A stretch of DNA of 61,710 nucleotides, filler included, from Squatina squatina (GCA_031763465.1; 4 parts of 4 records of this genome joined end to end with filler, not necessarily neighbours in it), one strand, 5' to 3'. Positions 37,002-50,045 are shown, numbered from the whole stretch's first letter. Notes: generated by a model not told the origin, from the sequence alone. Program-made: numbers and translations.

Positions 37002-38718
37002 AATTGGTCCCCACATGACATGGCTGCTGATAGAAGTTCGAAACCAGCCCTCAGTGGCAAACTTGCCAATTCTAGACCTGAAATTGGTAGTTCTGCACTA
37101 TTTGTTGCTGAGTAACCAACTAGCCTGACTCATTGAAGCCTCAGTTTCAACTAATCACCATTTTTAGTGCATTATCAATGGCAACCTCACCTTCATCACT
37201 GCCGATCAGCACTTCAGTGATTTATTAAAGCTGTGGAGACCGAAAAAACAGTGGCTAAAACTGTCAAGAAATTATCTTCCTATAATGTGCCAGAAAACTA
37301 AGGATAGCAAGCAAAATGAAGTGTTCTACCTGCTGATCTCCAATTTTCCACCAGAGTGTAAGTACTTGGATTAATTTACTCAGAACCAATCAAAATACAG
37401 CGGCCATCCGTTCAAAACTGATTCAAGGCACCTCAACTCAACCAAAGGCACTTTCACATGACATGTATAAACATATTCTCATATCCACCTCCAAAAACTT
37501 TGCATGTGGTGGATATTCTCCACATTACCATTCATGTGATCAAAAACAAGTTCAGGAGGAGGAAGACTTATTTTGGAAATCAAATGGCTGCAAATTAATT
37601 CCAATTAACTTGAAGAAGCATTGAAGTGAGTGGAACTGACTGGTGGGATTACCATAGCTAGCACCATGGCAGGGCTAAATTCAAACACAGTTTAAAGGTC
37701 AAGATAGCAGAGTCAGCCATTGGTTGATGACCATGAGCCCACATGTATTAAAATCACTTCACTCTTCCAAAGTAACTCCTCCAAGCCAAATTCTCCCATT
37801 TCAAACCATCAGTTGCTCAAACAGAAACATTAAAAAAATCAACTGAATTTAATATTTCAGATCCAGCAGCTCAAAACTGAGCATCCATGAGGCGCTGTGG
37901 GCCATCAGCAGCAGCAGAATTGTATTCCACTACAATCTGTAACCTCATGGCCTGGCATATCCCTCACTCTACATTACCTGGGGATCAGTGAAGAGTGTAG
38001 AAGATCATACCAGGAGCAACACCAGATGTACCAACAAAAAAAAAATGAAGTGCCAACCTGGGAAAGCTGCAACACAGGACTGNNNNNNNNNNNNNNNNNN
38101 NNNNNNNNNNNNNNNNNNNNNNNNNNNNNNNNNNNNNNNNNNNNNNNNNNNNNNNNNNNNNNNNNNNNNNNNNNNNNNNNNNGACAATTACTAAATGAAG
38201 TTAACTGATGCAGTTACATTAACTCTGTGCTCATAAAATTCCAGTTGTGTAATTTTACATAGCCATTTGTCCCAACATGCCTGTGCCAGTTCTTTGAAAG
38301 AGCTATCCTATAAGTCCCACTCCCCTGCTCTTTCTCCTCAGCCATGCAATTTTCTCTGTTTTATACCAAAATAGTCCATTTTGGAAACTGTTGCCTTGCT
38401 TGTGGAATTTGAAAATAATGGTTATGCAAGAAATCTGCTTCCATCATCATAAAATGGTAGTTGTGTTTTTGTGTCGGCCTTGGTTAATGCCACTGTTCTC
38501 ATGGGCAGTGATGTCACATTCAGATAGAATGAGTGAATACATTTCATCAGTAACTCGGAGATAGTGGCAACGTCTGCAGCGACGGCTGTGCTCAAGTGTT
38601 TCATAAATTAGGGCATCGTAAGCTTGAGGTCCCGGTCACAATGAGATAATTGCATTGCATAGAAAATGAGAAACATGTAGGAGTAGGTTATCAAGGTCTA
38701 AGATGAGGTAACAGAGAA

Positions 38719-38744
38719 AGAGAGAGAGAGAGAGAGTGAGAGAG
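38719..38744. repeat. (GA)n microsatellite
   Basis: Direct reading. Confidence 0.85.
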
Positions 38745-39897
38745 CAAGATTTATGGCAGATGCTTAGAGTCAGCCTGACAGCAAGCAGAATGTATTGTTG
38801 TTGGTTTTGAACTAAAGTGAAAGATTGGTTGATTCTTTACAAAGAGTGAAGTATTCGATTGCAATTTTATTACAAGATAGTGTTACAGCCTTGAACACAC
38901 TCAGTCATTGCTTTTGTATGCAACATCGCTGTGAGATGAATGCTTTCTTTTTGGATAACTTTCTCCATCAAGCTGGTGGAATTTTTTTTCCCCTTAAAAT
39001 CCTGTGACAGGAAAATATGATTTGATAGAATTGTGCCGCTTGACCTGAGTTGTGATAGGATCAGATGATAGGAAACATTCTTTTTTTTTCTGAGAAAGGC
39101 CAATTATCTGATTTTTCACTGCCAGCATGGAATCTCATCAGCTAACAGCACAAACCATGAAATGCTGCCCTCGATTTGTGCATCGATTAAAATCAACGGA
39201 TGTAAAATTTAAGATTTCACGCCCACAAATTCACAATATGTAAAGCCAGCATGTGAGGCTCCCTGCCATCAGTGCAAAGCCGGATAATTGTTCCAAAGTG
39301 TCATGCTGCCTGTATCCAACCGAACACTGGAGCGAAGTGTATCCACACTATTGTTTATGAACCCCTGTCACACTTGGCTCCAAATTGCTTCTGCAACCAG
39401 CTCCACAACCCTACATCCCAGCCCGTGGTCCTTTGACTCTGGCCTTGTGTGCATCCTCTCCCCCTCAGTTGTCTTGGCCTGACTCTTTGTAACTCCCTCC
39501 CTTTGCACCTCTCTACTATTTTCAGCTCCTTTAAGATTGGAGCGAGCCCTCGGCTCTGTGGTAGCGTCCCTAACCCCTGAGCCAGAAGGTGGAGGGTTCC
39601 AGTACCAGCAAGTTTCCATCTCTGAATTCCAGGCTGACATCCTGTGGGTGTAGATGGCCCCTCCCCTCCCCTCCTCGTGTGGGTTGCAGGAGCCGGCAAA
39701 AGAATAAAGGTGGTCACGGCCATGGAAGGAGCATCCACATCACTACCTGTTAGACTGTTAATCAGCCTGCAAATCCTCCCACTGCTTCATGCTGTTCTCT
39801 AGGGGGAGAGTGCAAAGATACAAAAACATCAAGCATGCCACCCTGTCAGACAGTTGGTCAGTCAGTGAAATCTTCCACTACTTCACACTGTTGGAAT

Positions 39898-40072
39898 CCG
39901 AGAATGGTTACAGCACAGAAGGAGGCCATTCAGCCCATCAAGCCCATGTTGGCTCTCTGCAAGAGCACTTCAGCTAGTCCCACTCCCCCACCCTTTCCTT
40001 GTAGCCCTGCAATTTCTTTTCCTTCAGGTACTTATCCAATTCCATTTTGAAAGCCACAGTTGAATCTACCGC
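39898..40072 (-). mobile_element. CR1-type LINE 3' tail
   Basis: Homologous to 54010-54200 and 38270-38350. Confidence 0.75.
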
Positions 40073-40111
40073 CATATTGCAGCCATGGTGCGCTGGTGGT
40101 GGAGGGAGTGA

Positions 40112-40402
40112 ATGCTTATTAAAGTTCTTTGAGGAGGTAACGAGCAGGGTGGATAAAGAGGAACCAGTAGATGTAGTATATTTGGATTTCCAAAAGGCAT
40201 TTGATAAGTTGCCAAAAAAAGGTTACTGCACAAGATAAGAGCTCATGGTGTTGGGGGTAATATATTAGAATGGATAGAGGATTGGCAAACTAACAGAAAA
40301 CAGAGAGTCGGGTTAAAGGGGTCATATTCAAGATGACAAGCTGACACTAATGGGGTGCCACAGGGATCAGTGCTGGGGCCGCAACTATTTACAATATATA
40401 GT
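40112..40402 (+). mobile_element. CR1-type LINE reverse-transcriptase fragment
   Basis: FFEEVTSRVD...VDVVYLDFQKAFDK...WIEDW..NRKQRVG...GVPQGSVLGPQLF with frameshift and stop. Confidence 0.9.
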
Positions 40403-42830
40403 NNNNNNNNNNNNNNNNNNNNNNNNNNNNNNNNNNNNNNNNNNNNNNNNNNNNNNNNNNNNNNNNNNNNNNNNNNNNNNNNNNNNNNNNNNNNNNNNNN
40501 NNTTTCAAAGCACAGTCTTTAAGAGTGCCGCAATACTCTGTTATATCAATGCACCATTCCATTCCCACATTCCAAATGTTCTTTGAACGGTAGAACATTT
40601 TACTCTTATCTATTTAATGTAAAAAGAAATGCAGCCATAAAGGTCAATGACAAGGATTCATTTAGTGGCAGAAACATAGGCAAGGCTAATTAACATTTTC
40701 ATTACTTGTGGAATTCTTTTCTTTACTTAGTATAAAATATTCATAATATAGGAAAAGGGTGCAAGGGCAAACAAAGTCCATGATATGTTTGAAAAATTGC
40801 AGTTCAAACAAAAATTTAAATTAAAAAAAAAATGAGAACGTGGTTAAAAATTCCAATAAAATTCTTATGTCTTCAAGAAGGTAATGGAAATAGAATATTA
40901 ATAAACACCTTTGTTTAGAAAAGTTGTAAATGAATATTTATTCCAGTGTATAATAAAGCTGTTCTTCAATCAGTGAAGTAATAATACAAGTGGGCTCAAT
41001 TGTCACAAATAATTAGTGTGCACAGACATTAATTAACAGCTTTATTGCTGCATTTATTTAGTTTCATCTTGATGCCCACTTTTCTATATATTGCAAATCA
41101 CAATAAAAGGTGCTGTAGTGTGATTGGTTAACAGTAATCTTTTGAGCTCATCATTTGACGTGCTATAAACCTTACAAGTAAGGATTAGGGAAAATTAATA
41201 TTAAATAAACTGGTTTCCAAGTCCACAGTAACATTCCTCTGAATCATTTATGAATTGTGATATCGATGATTAAAGCAACCAAAAATTACAGTTTCAGTCA
41301 CAGGTGATTATCATTCCAAAAGAAAAACCATTTAACACATTTTATTGGAGGAAAAGGGCTTTTGGGTTAGAGTTCAAAAATAAAATACAGCACTTGCCAG
41401 TGATGTTACCAACATATCTCTTACTTTTTTCTACATTTTGAGCACTAATACTACAGCAATCCGAGAAGTTCACATGAATACCAGTGGCAAAGCTTTGCGC
41501 TCCATCCCTTTTGTCTGTGGAACTTTCTCTCAGACATTTCCTGATACTCGGTTGTCCTGAAGGATGCACTAGCCCATGTGAAATCTCGACTTTCCAGTAC
41601 CTGTTCAATTTCCTCAAATATTTCCATGCTGCCATCAACCACAAGATTCAACATTATGTTACCTCACTGTACTTTTCTCTTGCTGCATCTTTTTTTGACC
41701 CGTATTCTATACATAAGATTAATGATGCGTTCATTACAATCAGTGACTGATGGTGTTGCCACATTATTTCTTGTAGGTGTAAAGAATAAACAAGCACAAA
41801 TTTGAATTATTCTAAGAAAGAATGACAACTGAAAAAGATATATTGTTATGACCAGAGGGGAAATAAATAACTCATGTTATCTTGTTTGTTCCACAAAGCA
41901 TGGAATTATAATAAGTGCTGATAAAACCCAATGAAAACAATCCTGGTATGTTCATGGCAGCATTATAAGCTGAACTTACATTGAAACTTGACAAGGCTAT
42001 CTGGTTTAATTAAGAATTTGAAAAGCTTATATATAAAAGTTTAAAATATACCCTGATGGTATACTGCACTCTTTCAAGCTTTAATATTCAGATACCAAAC
42101 ATTTTACTGGCATTAAAAATTTCACCTGTGTTCAATGTGCGAATGGTAGGAGTGGGAAAAGTAACCTGCTTGCACTGCTCTCAAGATCACAGCTGTCTAA
42201 AAACCAGCAGATATACTTCAACTGGACCATGAGTCATCTCATGCAAGCTCCCTGCAGTTCTCAACTTCTGCAGATTATTAATTTTCTACTCCATTGGAGC
42301 CATCTCAAGAACGGTTCTTTTCCAAAAAAATCTTGTTTACCGAGATATAACTTTGATGCTACAAGGGATACGTTAACTCTTCTAGGGAAAGGGAACCTGC
42401 TTCAAATATCTTTCCTTAATGCCAGAGCCATCCTATTTTTGCAATCACTGGAAATAAACTGCAAAAAACAAACCTGTATAGTCAGTTGTTTGATTAATTC
42501 GATACCACTGATGACAAGCAAGTTCCTGCCACTCAGAGTCTCTCCAGATAATTTCTACCATGTTTAAAGCACAATTGTCTGTTTCCTGAAGAGCAAATTC
42601 AGTCTCAGCAAATAGCCGTTCATGGAGTTAGACAACATGATTTTGGAAACCTGCAACAGAATACGGTGACAGACTCAGAAACCAGTAGGACTGTTTGTGA
42701 CTGAAGTTCTAATGAAGGCTCTAGACCCTTNNNNNNNNNNNNNNNNNNNNNNNNNNNNNNNNNNNNNNNNNNNNNNNNNNNNNNNNNNNNNNNNNNNNNN
42801 NNNNNNNNNNNNNNNNNNNNNNNNNNNNNN

Positions 42831-43040
42831 CAGCAATGTGGTTGACTCTTATCTGGCCTCTGAAATGGCCAGGCAAGCCACTCAGTTGTAAACAACTGCT
42901 ACGAAAAGTCACCACAAGAACTGCAGCGGTTCAAGAAGGTGGCTCATCACCACCTTCTCAAGGGCAGCTAGAGGGATGGGCAATAAATGCTGGCCTTGCC
43001 AGCGACGCCCACATCCCAGGAACAAATGGAAAAAAAAAAG
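42831..43040 (+). mobile_element. SINE 3' part with A-rich tail
   Basis: CAGCGGTTCAAGAAGG...CACCTTCTCAAGGGCA...AATAAATGCTGGCC...A-tail; reverse partial copy at 50783-50835. Confidence 0.65.
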
Positions 43041-43490
43041 CAACCGCGCATGCGCAAGCCGCGGCCCCGCCCCCTGCCTTAAAGGCAAGGGCCGCAGGCT
43101 TGCGGATCGGCCAGGGAAGGAGGAAATAACTGAATAATGTGCCGACACGCAAGAAAGCGTCCTGGCAAGGGGGGGCTTTGCATCTTTTGGGGTGATCGGT
43201 CGCCAGTGGAGTCGCGGGGCAGGCTGCCTTCAAATCCGGAGGTGGTGCCCCCGCAGCGCAAAGGTGGGGGGGGGTCACGCGCAGGCGCTGAGGGGTCGGC
43301 GCGTGACATTATGATGTTGCGCGCCCGATGCCGGTGCCAACTACATCCCTGGCGGCAGGGCTTATACGCCGCCAGGGTGCCAGGTCCAAAGCCTCATTTT
43401 CTACATTTATGCCTCTACACTGGTTTCACGCCCAGGTAGCGCTGTTAATTGGCGCTACACAAGTGTGAAGTCAGACCAATTGGGGCCCCC
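43040..43490. mobile_element. GC-rich MITE-like element
   Basis: GTGACATTATGATGT core, CCTTAAAGG, ends CAATTGGGGCCCC; related to 661-1055. Confidence 0.5.
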
Positions 43491-44336
43491 ATAACCTGTG
43501 CAATTAAGCCAAATTTATGGTTGCCTCCACTGACATAGCGCTGAGAGAAATTTCAGACAAAGGCATTTCCTTATGCCGGTATCCCACAGCATAATTTCAG
43601 CGTCCAAATTATTTTTGGACAAAAATCTGTTCAGCGAACTGAATCTTTTATGAAATATTGTGGTAATACCCAAAGGTTTAAGTGATTTGCTGCATCATGT
43701 TAGTTTCCTCACAAACTGCTCATGCTCAAATGGTGTTCGAAACATTGGGGAAGTTTTCAAAGTTTAAGTGCAATGAATAATGAAATTGCAGGCAAACTGG
43801 AAAGGGAGCTATCCCAGCCAGTTTCCTGGATTGTGTGCCTTACATTAAAAACAAAATGCTAAAAAGCTGGTAGCCCCACCTACAGCTGCTGGCATTAAAA
43901 GCAGGAGTTTCTGCTACACTGCAGCATTGACACTTTCAGGGACTGCTGAAGCAAGCACACTGTTCCTTATTAGTAGAGTAAATTCTATTAGTTGGANNNN
44001 NNNNNNNNNNNNNNNNNNNNNNNNNNNNNNNNNNNNNNNNNNNNNNNNNNNNNNNNNNNNNNNNNNNNNNNNNNNNNNNNNNNNNNNNNNNNNNNNGCGC
44101 TTACCAGATGCTACACCTTTAAGGCAGAGCCAAGCCCTATACTTCCACTGTGTGGAATAGTTGACATAAACTTGCATAAACCCCAAAAGCAATTAGATAG
44201 TAATTTAAATAGCATATGGTGCCTTATTTCACCTCCAAGGCCATTACGTTTACTATATGCAGAAAGGAGTACATACTGGAGCAGGAAAGTATTCAAACTG
44301 CCATTTTTAAGTGCATTTTTAGGGAAATAATTACAA

Positions 44337-44387
44337 ATGTCATTGGCTTGGCTATTATTTCCATGCATGAAGTTCATTCTCAGCATG
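44337..44387 (+). CDS. Candidate short first exon of the PCDH20-like gene (MSLAWLLFPCMKFILSM)
   Basis: ATG...ATG|GTAACA phase-0 donor would join the 44822 acceptor to give a hydrophobic signal peptide; an alternative unspliced in-frame ATG lies at 44759. Confidence 0.4.
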
Positions 44388-44821
44388 GTAACAGTTTTCT
44401 ATATTGGACAATTTTTCTTTGAGAAGCAATGGGTTAAGCATCTTCTCCACATCAGTGAGAGCGTAGCCTGCTCAGTGGACATCATTTTATGTTTTCAGTG
44501 TACCAAGTGCTTTAAAAAGTAGTTTCAAAAGGCAGGCCCCTTTATTGTGGTGGCTTTGGCACAATTTTGCTGAGGAAGCTTTATCCTCCATCTATGCCAC
44601 CTTCCTATGCCACATCTAGGAAGGTCAGATGCTGACACTGGGTGCCTGAACAATAGTGTTCCATTTCCTTCCCCTTGAAGAGTCCGAAACTCACTGATCA
44701 AAAACAAAGCTGTAAAAACTTAAAAGCAGAATGTTTTTGTTTGCTTTTGAAATCCATAATGGCCGATTCAGGTGAAACGCGTACTGTTATCACATTAAGT
44801 AACAAGTACTTTGTTTTACAG

Positions 44822-45362
44822 AAACTCGTCTACATACTTCTGATGTTGTTCTGCCACAAGATACAGAGTCACCTGGCCACAGAACTTGAATACGAAGTGC
44901 AAGAGAATGAAGATGAAGGAATTTTTATTGGGAACATAGCCAATGATATATCTTTGGCATCAGATACCCAGTGTGATTCACTGGCGTACAAACTCATGAA
45001 AGAAATGGAATATGTGATGCTCAAGAGTGAGAGTGGGGAGCTGTACACAACTCAGCAGAGAATCGACAGGGAAACTTTATGCCCAGTTGAATTCCACGGT
45101 GGTCCTTGTATCCAGGAGGTCAATGTGGTTATTCTATGTGCCGATCAGTATCTGCAAATGGTGAAGGTTAAGATAGTTATCCTGGATGTCAATGATAATG
45201 CACCATATTTCACAGAACAAATGATGAAACTTTCTATACCAGAGGACGCAGCTGCAGGCACATCATTTGGAATTGATTATTTTGCCACCGACAATGATAC
45301 TGGGAAGAACAGCATTCAGAATTATTTTTATAATGGCCAAGCACCATATATTTTAGTCACTG
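44822..45362 (+). CDS. PCDH20-like protocadherin, signal peptide-EC1-start of EC2
   Basis: TTTTACAG acceptor; ATELEY, SGELYT..QRIDRETLC, VKVKI..LDVNDNAPYF, PEDA, ATDNDTG; homology lost before the stop at 45386-45388. Confidence 0.88.
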
Positions 45363-45604
45363 ACATTCATAAATTAATTGCAGTATAGCCAGTATCAGAT
45401 CAGCTCTTGAAACAAGAAGGGGCCTAGCACAGGGAGATTGGAAAAGGCGATTGCAGGGTAAAGCAATAATGGAGCAATGGAGGGCATTCAGGGAAGAGAN
45501 NNNNNNNNNNNNNNNNNNNNNNNNNNNNNNNNNNNNNNNNNNNNNNNNNNNNNNNNNNNNNNNNNNNNNNNNNNNNNNNNNNNNNNNNNNNNNNNNNNNT
45601 TTCA

Positions 45605-45847
45605 TTCAACAACAACACAACTTGCATTTATATAGCGCCTTTAGCATAGTAACACATCCCGCGGTGCTTCAGGGGAGCATTATCAAACAAAATTTGGAGC
45701 TACATAAGGAGATATTAAGACAGGTGGAGGTAGGTTTTAAGGAGGGTCTTAAAGAGAGACAGGGGCGGAGAGGTTCAGGGAGGGAATTCCAGGGATTAGG
45801 GCCTAGGCAGCTGAAGGCACGGCCACCAATGGAGGAGCGATGAAAAT
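45605..45847 (-). mobile_element. L2-type LINE 3' fragment abutting the protocadherin frame
   Basis: Reverse tail AACTTGCATTTATATAGCGCC with (CAA)n; homologous to 18775-19120. Confidence 0.75.
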
Positions 45848-46203
45848 TGTGGCTGTGGATGGTGGCACTCCACCTTTATCTGGAACAGCCACACTTCTGA
45901 TCAACATTCAAGACATTAATGACAACTGCCCTGTTTTTAATGCATCAGAGTTTGTGATTCGGATTCCTGAGAATATATCCTCCAACAGTGTGGTGACACA
46001 GCTTCATGCTATAGATGCAGATCTAGGACCTAATGCTGAAATCACCTATTCTTATGGTAATCGTGTGCAGGATGTATCCAAGAAGCTGTTTAACTTAGAT
46101 AGTGCTACTGGACTTATCACATTTTCTGGAAATAAAGGTCCAGAGACGCATCCTGAACATAAACTCACCATCTTAGCTAATGGTCCAGGCTGTGTCCCAG
46201 CCC
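45840..46203 (+). CDS. PCDH20-like, end of EC2 and EC3
   Basis: DGGTPPLSGTATL...DINDNCP...DADLGPNAEITYSY...HKLTILANGPGCVPA; HKLTILANGPGC is characteristic of PCDH20 by recall. Confidence 0.9.
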
Positions 46204-46658
46204 TGTAGACCAAAGGTGAGCCCCATATTTGACATTCGTGGCCCAGTACGCCCCCTTCTTCTCAGTGTACTAGCCATCACTACACTACCAGGCTAACCTG
46301 AGGCCAGGCCTGAGAAAACCCCTAATCAAGAAGTTCTTGGCAACACCCCTTCTACTAACTGTGGGCAAATAGAGTCTCTCTTCATCCCCTCCCCTCCACA
46401 AGATCCCATAGGAACTTCAACATTAGGTCGGGACCTGGAGTATCTAATTTGCAAGCCTTCCATGTCACTCTTTCACTTATGGCAGGAGTGTGAGAAAGAA
46501 CCCAAGATTTTCACCCCCCTCTAATTTTATTTTGTCACCAGATATCTATTGTTTTTTTNNNNNNNNNNNNNNNNNNNNNNNNNNNNNNNNNNNNNNNNNN
46601 NNNNNNNNNNNNNNNNNNNNNNNNNNNNNNNNNNNNNNNNNNNNNNNNNNNNNNNNNN

Positions 46659-47536
46659 CCCAGACCATTATCTAAAAGGGAGACTCTACATTAGTGGCAA
46701 TGTGCCTTTCTATTTAAAACCCTATGAAAGATCAAGAAGTAAACATTTGGTTGTCACATCACAGCTTTTAGACCATGAGCTTGAAAACCAATATGAGATC
46801 ATCATTAAGTCAGAAGATCCTCATAATATTCATAAATTAACAATCCGTGTCAAGATTATAGATGAAAATGACAATTCTCCACAATTTTACCAAAGTTCCT
46901 TTGAAGCTTCCATTGAAGAAAACAATGCACCTGGAGCTTTTCTACTGAAGATCTCTGCAACGGATGCAGACAGTGATCAGAATGGGAAAGTGGCCTATCT
47001 CCTGGGACCTGATGCTCCACCCATGTTCTCAATTGAACAGTTTACAGGAACTTTAACAGTGTCCACCATCCTGGACAGGGAAGAAGAGAAACTGTACAGG
47101 TTTACTGTTTCCGCTGTGGACCATGGAGCTCCTCCTAGAAAGAGGAGTACCATCGTAATCATTCATGTCTTGGACCAGAATGATAACATGCCCTCCTTCC
47201 TCACCAATGACTACACATTCTTTATACCAGAAAACTTCCCGAGGCGTGGCGAAATTGGAGTTATCAATGTAACGGATTTAGATGCAGGGCCGAATGGAAA
47301 TGTCACTGTGTCCATCCTAAATGGTAGTAATAATTTTTTAATGGACAACACCAGAGGAACCTTACGCTGCAATTCCTCAGTAGACAGAGAGAAAAATACC
47401 ATGCACATATTCTGGGTTGAGGCTGTAGATGACGGAAAACCATCCCTCTCTGCGACTGCAAAAATAACCGTGTTTGTTCTAGATGTAAATGATAATCCTC
47501 CAACAGTATTACTTCCTCAGTCAAACGCATCGTGGC
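46659..47536 (+). CDS. PCDH20-like, EC4 to EC6 region
   Basis: Open frame between gaps; DENDNSP, EENNAP, LGPDAP, LDREE, PENFP..GEIGVI.VTD.DAG, WVEAVD, DVNDNPP..L.PQSN. Confidence 0.93.
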
Positions 47537-47688
47537 NNNNNNNNNNNNNNNNNNNNNNNNNNNNNNNNNNNNNNNNNNNNNNNNNNNNNNNNNNNNNNCC
47601 AATCATCTCTCAGGCCACCTCACTGCTTAAAGTGGGGCCTTTCCCACACACCACCACTGCTTAGGTCAATGCTGGAGGAGCTTGAGAG

Positions 47689-48093
47689 AATATTACATTG
47701 CAGGAGACACTGTTGCGCAAAGACTACGGTTTGTATCAACTACTGGTAAAAGTCAGTGATCTTGGGCAACCACAACCACTTCATTCCACGGTAATGGTCA
47801 ATTTGTTTGTCAACGAGACTGTGAGTAATAAAAGTTACTTGGAAGCTTTGTTGCACAGGCAAACTGTTTTCACAGAAGAGAAGCAAACTGAGCCAAATCC
47901 GTGCCCATTATTACAAACATTAGACATTCCCTGTTTGCCTCCAATCATTCCCATCGCAATCACAATGATCATTGTCTCTGCTATTTTCTTTACCATTGCT
48001 CTTTGTATGCTCCTAAGCATGAGAAAGAAAAGCAAAAGAAAAGAACTTTATATCGATGCCCAGATACCATTAAAGATAAACCTAGACTACTGT
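47689..48093 (+). CDS. PCDH20-like, last cadherin repeat end, transmembrane helix and short cytoplasmic tail
   Basis: NITLQE.LL..DYGLYQLLVKVSD.G.P.PLHSTVMVNLFVNETVSN.SY; hydrophobic TM; RKKSKRK; QIPLK; runs into a 10-N gap. Confidence 0.9.
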
Positions 48094-49035
48094 NNNNNNN
48101 NNNAGTCTGGTGAACCTTCGCTGCACTCCCTCCATTTCAAGAACATCTTTTATTTTTCTTATATATATATTTATAACATTTTCTCGACAAATTATGTGCT
48201 AACAAACTCGTCACAGAAGTTGAATAAATACGACTGAGAGATCTGGCACAAAATATGAATACTGAGCAACCGAAGTCCAGAAGAACTGAAAATAAACCAT
48301 CTTTTATCTGTATAGTTCCACCTATAAAATGTCAAAGTGGAATTAAGCAGAGGAGCGTACCATTAATTTGGTTTGCTGAAATACTGAAGCTATTTTGCTT
48401 GATTGTGGACTGAAAACAGTTCATGGGAGACAATCTTCCCATAGCGCTCATTACTCTTCTTTAAATCTTACCAGCATACCAAAACTAAATGGTCTTTTTC
48501 AAAAATTCTGTTAGATTACATATAACCTACCTTTTTTTGCATTGCTACAAATGGTTTCAGGTGACCTGACTCTGCAGTTCTCCACAGCAAGAGCAGTTGA
48601 ATTTTCAGCAGTTGCGGGTTTCAGATCTTAATTCAAATTCAGCAGTGACAATACAATTCTGGTTTCCCAAAGCCAGGATCGCTCGATTCTCCTCTGCACT
48701 CCCGCTCAAAATGGAGTGGTTTAGTGACGATGAATTAGGCAAAATTGGGCTCTAAGGCCTGCCGCAGCCTCACCAACCTGTCCTCATTTTCCCTCACTTC
48801 CTACTGGAGCATTTGCTGGCTGCCCCTTTCCAACCCACTGCCTGCGAGTATCGGCGGTGGGGCGGGGCCAGGGTCATTGCTCATTTTCCTCCTGTCTGCC
48901 GTAATTACCGCCATTTCCCAGGGCCAACATGTGGCAGATGGTGAAAGCCCTGAGGTAGTGGCAACAGTGGACCCGAGGTCAGGGAATGTAGGGAGAGAAG
49001 CTCATCCAGACCTCAGGGGCAATTTTAATCCCCAA

Positions 49036-49135
49036 NNNNNNNNNNNNNNNNNNNNNNNNNNNNNNNNNNNNNNNNNNNNTTAATTAATTAANNNNNNNNN
49101 NNNNNNNNNNNNNNNNNNNNNNNNNNNNNNNNNNN
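49036..49135. other. Artificial scaffold linker
   Basis: 44 N + TTAATTAATTAA (49080-49091) + 44 N. Confidence 0.97.
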
Positions 49136-49481
49136 GGAAAAATTTACACGGCTATATGGAAAGAGCAGGGGGAGTGGGACTAATTGGACAGATCTATCAA
49201 AGAGCCGGCACAGGCACGAGGGTCCGAATGGCCTCCTTTTGTGCTGTATGGCTCAATTATTCTAAATGAAGTAAGCAAGCGCTTTCAATGTACTCGTGTC
49301 TGACTGATGCACGAAATTACCATCGCTCATCTGTTTTTAAGCAAATTTTTTAATGTGTCTTGATTCATGGTGTACTTCTCTACATTTGAGATATCGGAAA
49401 TTAATATATGAATGTGGATTTAATATCCAAACGCAGAAAGCCGCAGAACAGAGCTTCAGAAAGACTTATGAAATGCATTAC

Positions 49482-49600
49482 CTGAAGGCCCTCGCGAACT
49501 GCTTCCAGAAGGTAAGGTATAAGGGAATAGTTCCAAAGGTCCGTGAACCAAACCCTGGAACCATCTGCATCCAAAGGACACGATAGGAAAAGACGGGGAC
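49482..49600 (-). CDS. NAV3: NAV3 exon (GPRLFLSCPLDADGSRVWFTDLWNYSLIPYLLEAVREGLQ)
   Basis: AG at 49602-49601, GT at 49481; 119 nt; in phase with 49722-49918. Confidence 0.93.
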
Positions 49601-49721
49601 CTGAGACGTGGAAAATGAATACATCGATTAATGTGCCAACTCAGGGTATTTTGCACAGGCCCATCTCCGATTGGAGGAGGGTAGATCGAGCGATTGTTCG
49701 TGAATCTACATCGCAACTCAC

Positions 49722-49918
49722 CAATAGTCACGTCGGAAGAACTGTGCGTTTCTAGGAAGCTGTTTAGATGCTGCCACACTTTGGGAATCCAGTCGATAAT
49801 TCTCAGGAGGTCACTGTTGCGCATGTTTCTGTCGATTTCGGTCTCAATGAGTTTGCGGCGCAGATATCGACCCAGAAATCCTTTCACAGGTTCTGTATGA
49901 TTGGCGAAGAGCACCCAC
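49722..49918 (-). CDS. NAV3: NAV3 AAA-region exon (WVLFANHTEPVKGFLGRYLRRKLIETEI...FLETHSSSDVTI)
   Basis: AG at 49920-49919, GTGAGT at 49721; 197 nt. Confidence 0.94.
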
Positions 49919-49932
49919 CTGCACAGCAAGAA

Positions 49933-50045
49933 CAAACCTGTATTTATATAGCACTTTTAGCAACCTTAGGACATCCCCAAGCACCTTACATCCAATAAAG
50001 TACATTTTAAAGTGTAGACACTGTTGTAATGTAGAAAACCGGCAA
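49933..50045 (-). mobile_element. Deu-type SINE 3' end
   Basis: Homologous to 26922-27074. Confidence 0.7.

Noticed and set aside
41342-41805. Overlapping ORFs including GCPEGCTSPC, resembling an acid-phosphatase C-terminus
   Set aside because: No convincing exon boundaries or further motif support in any frame
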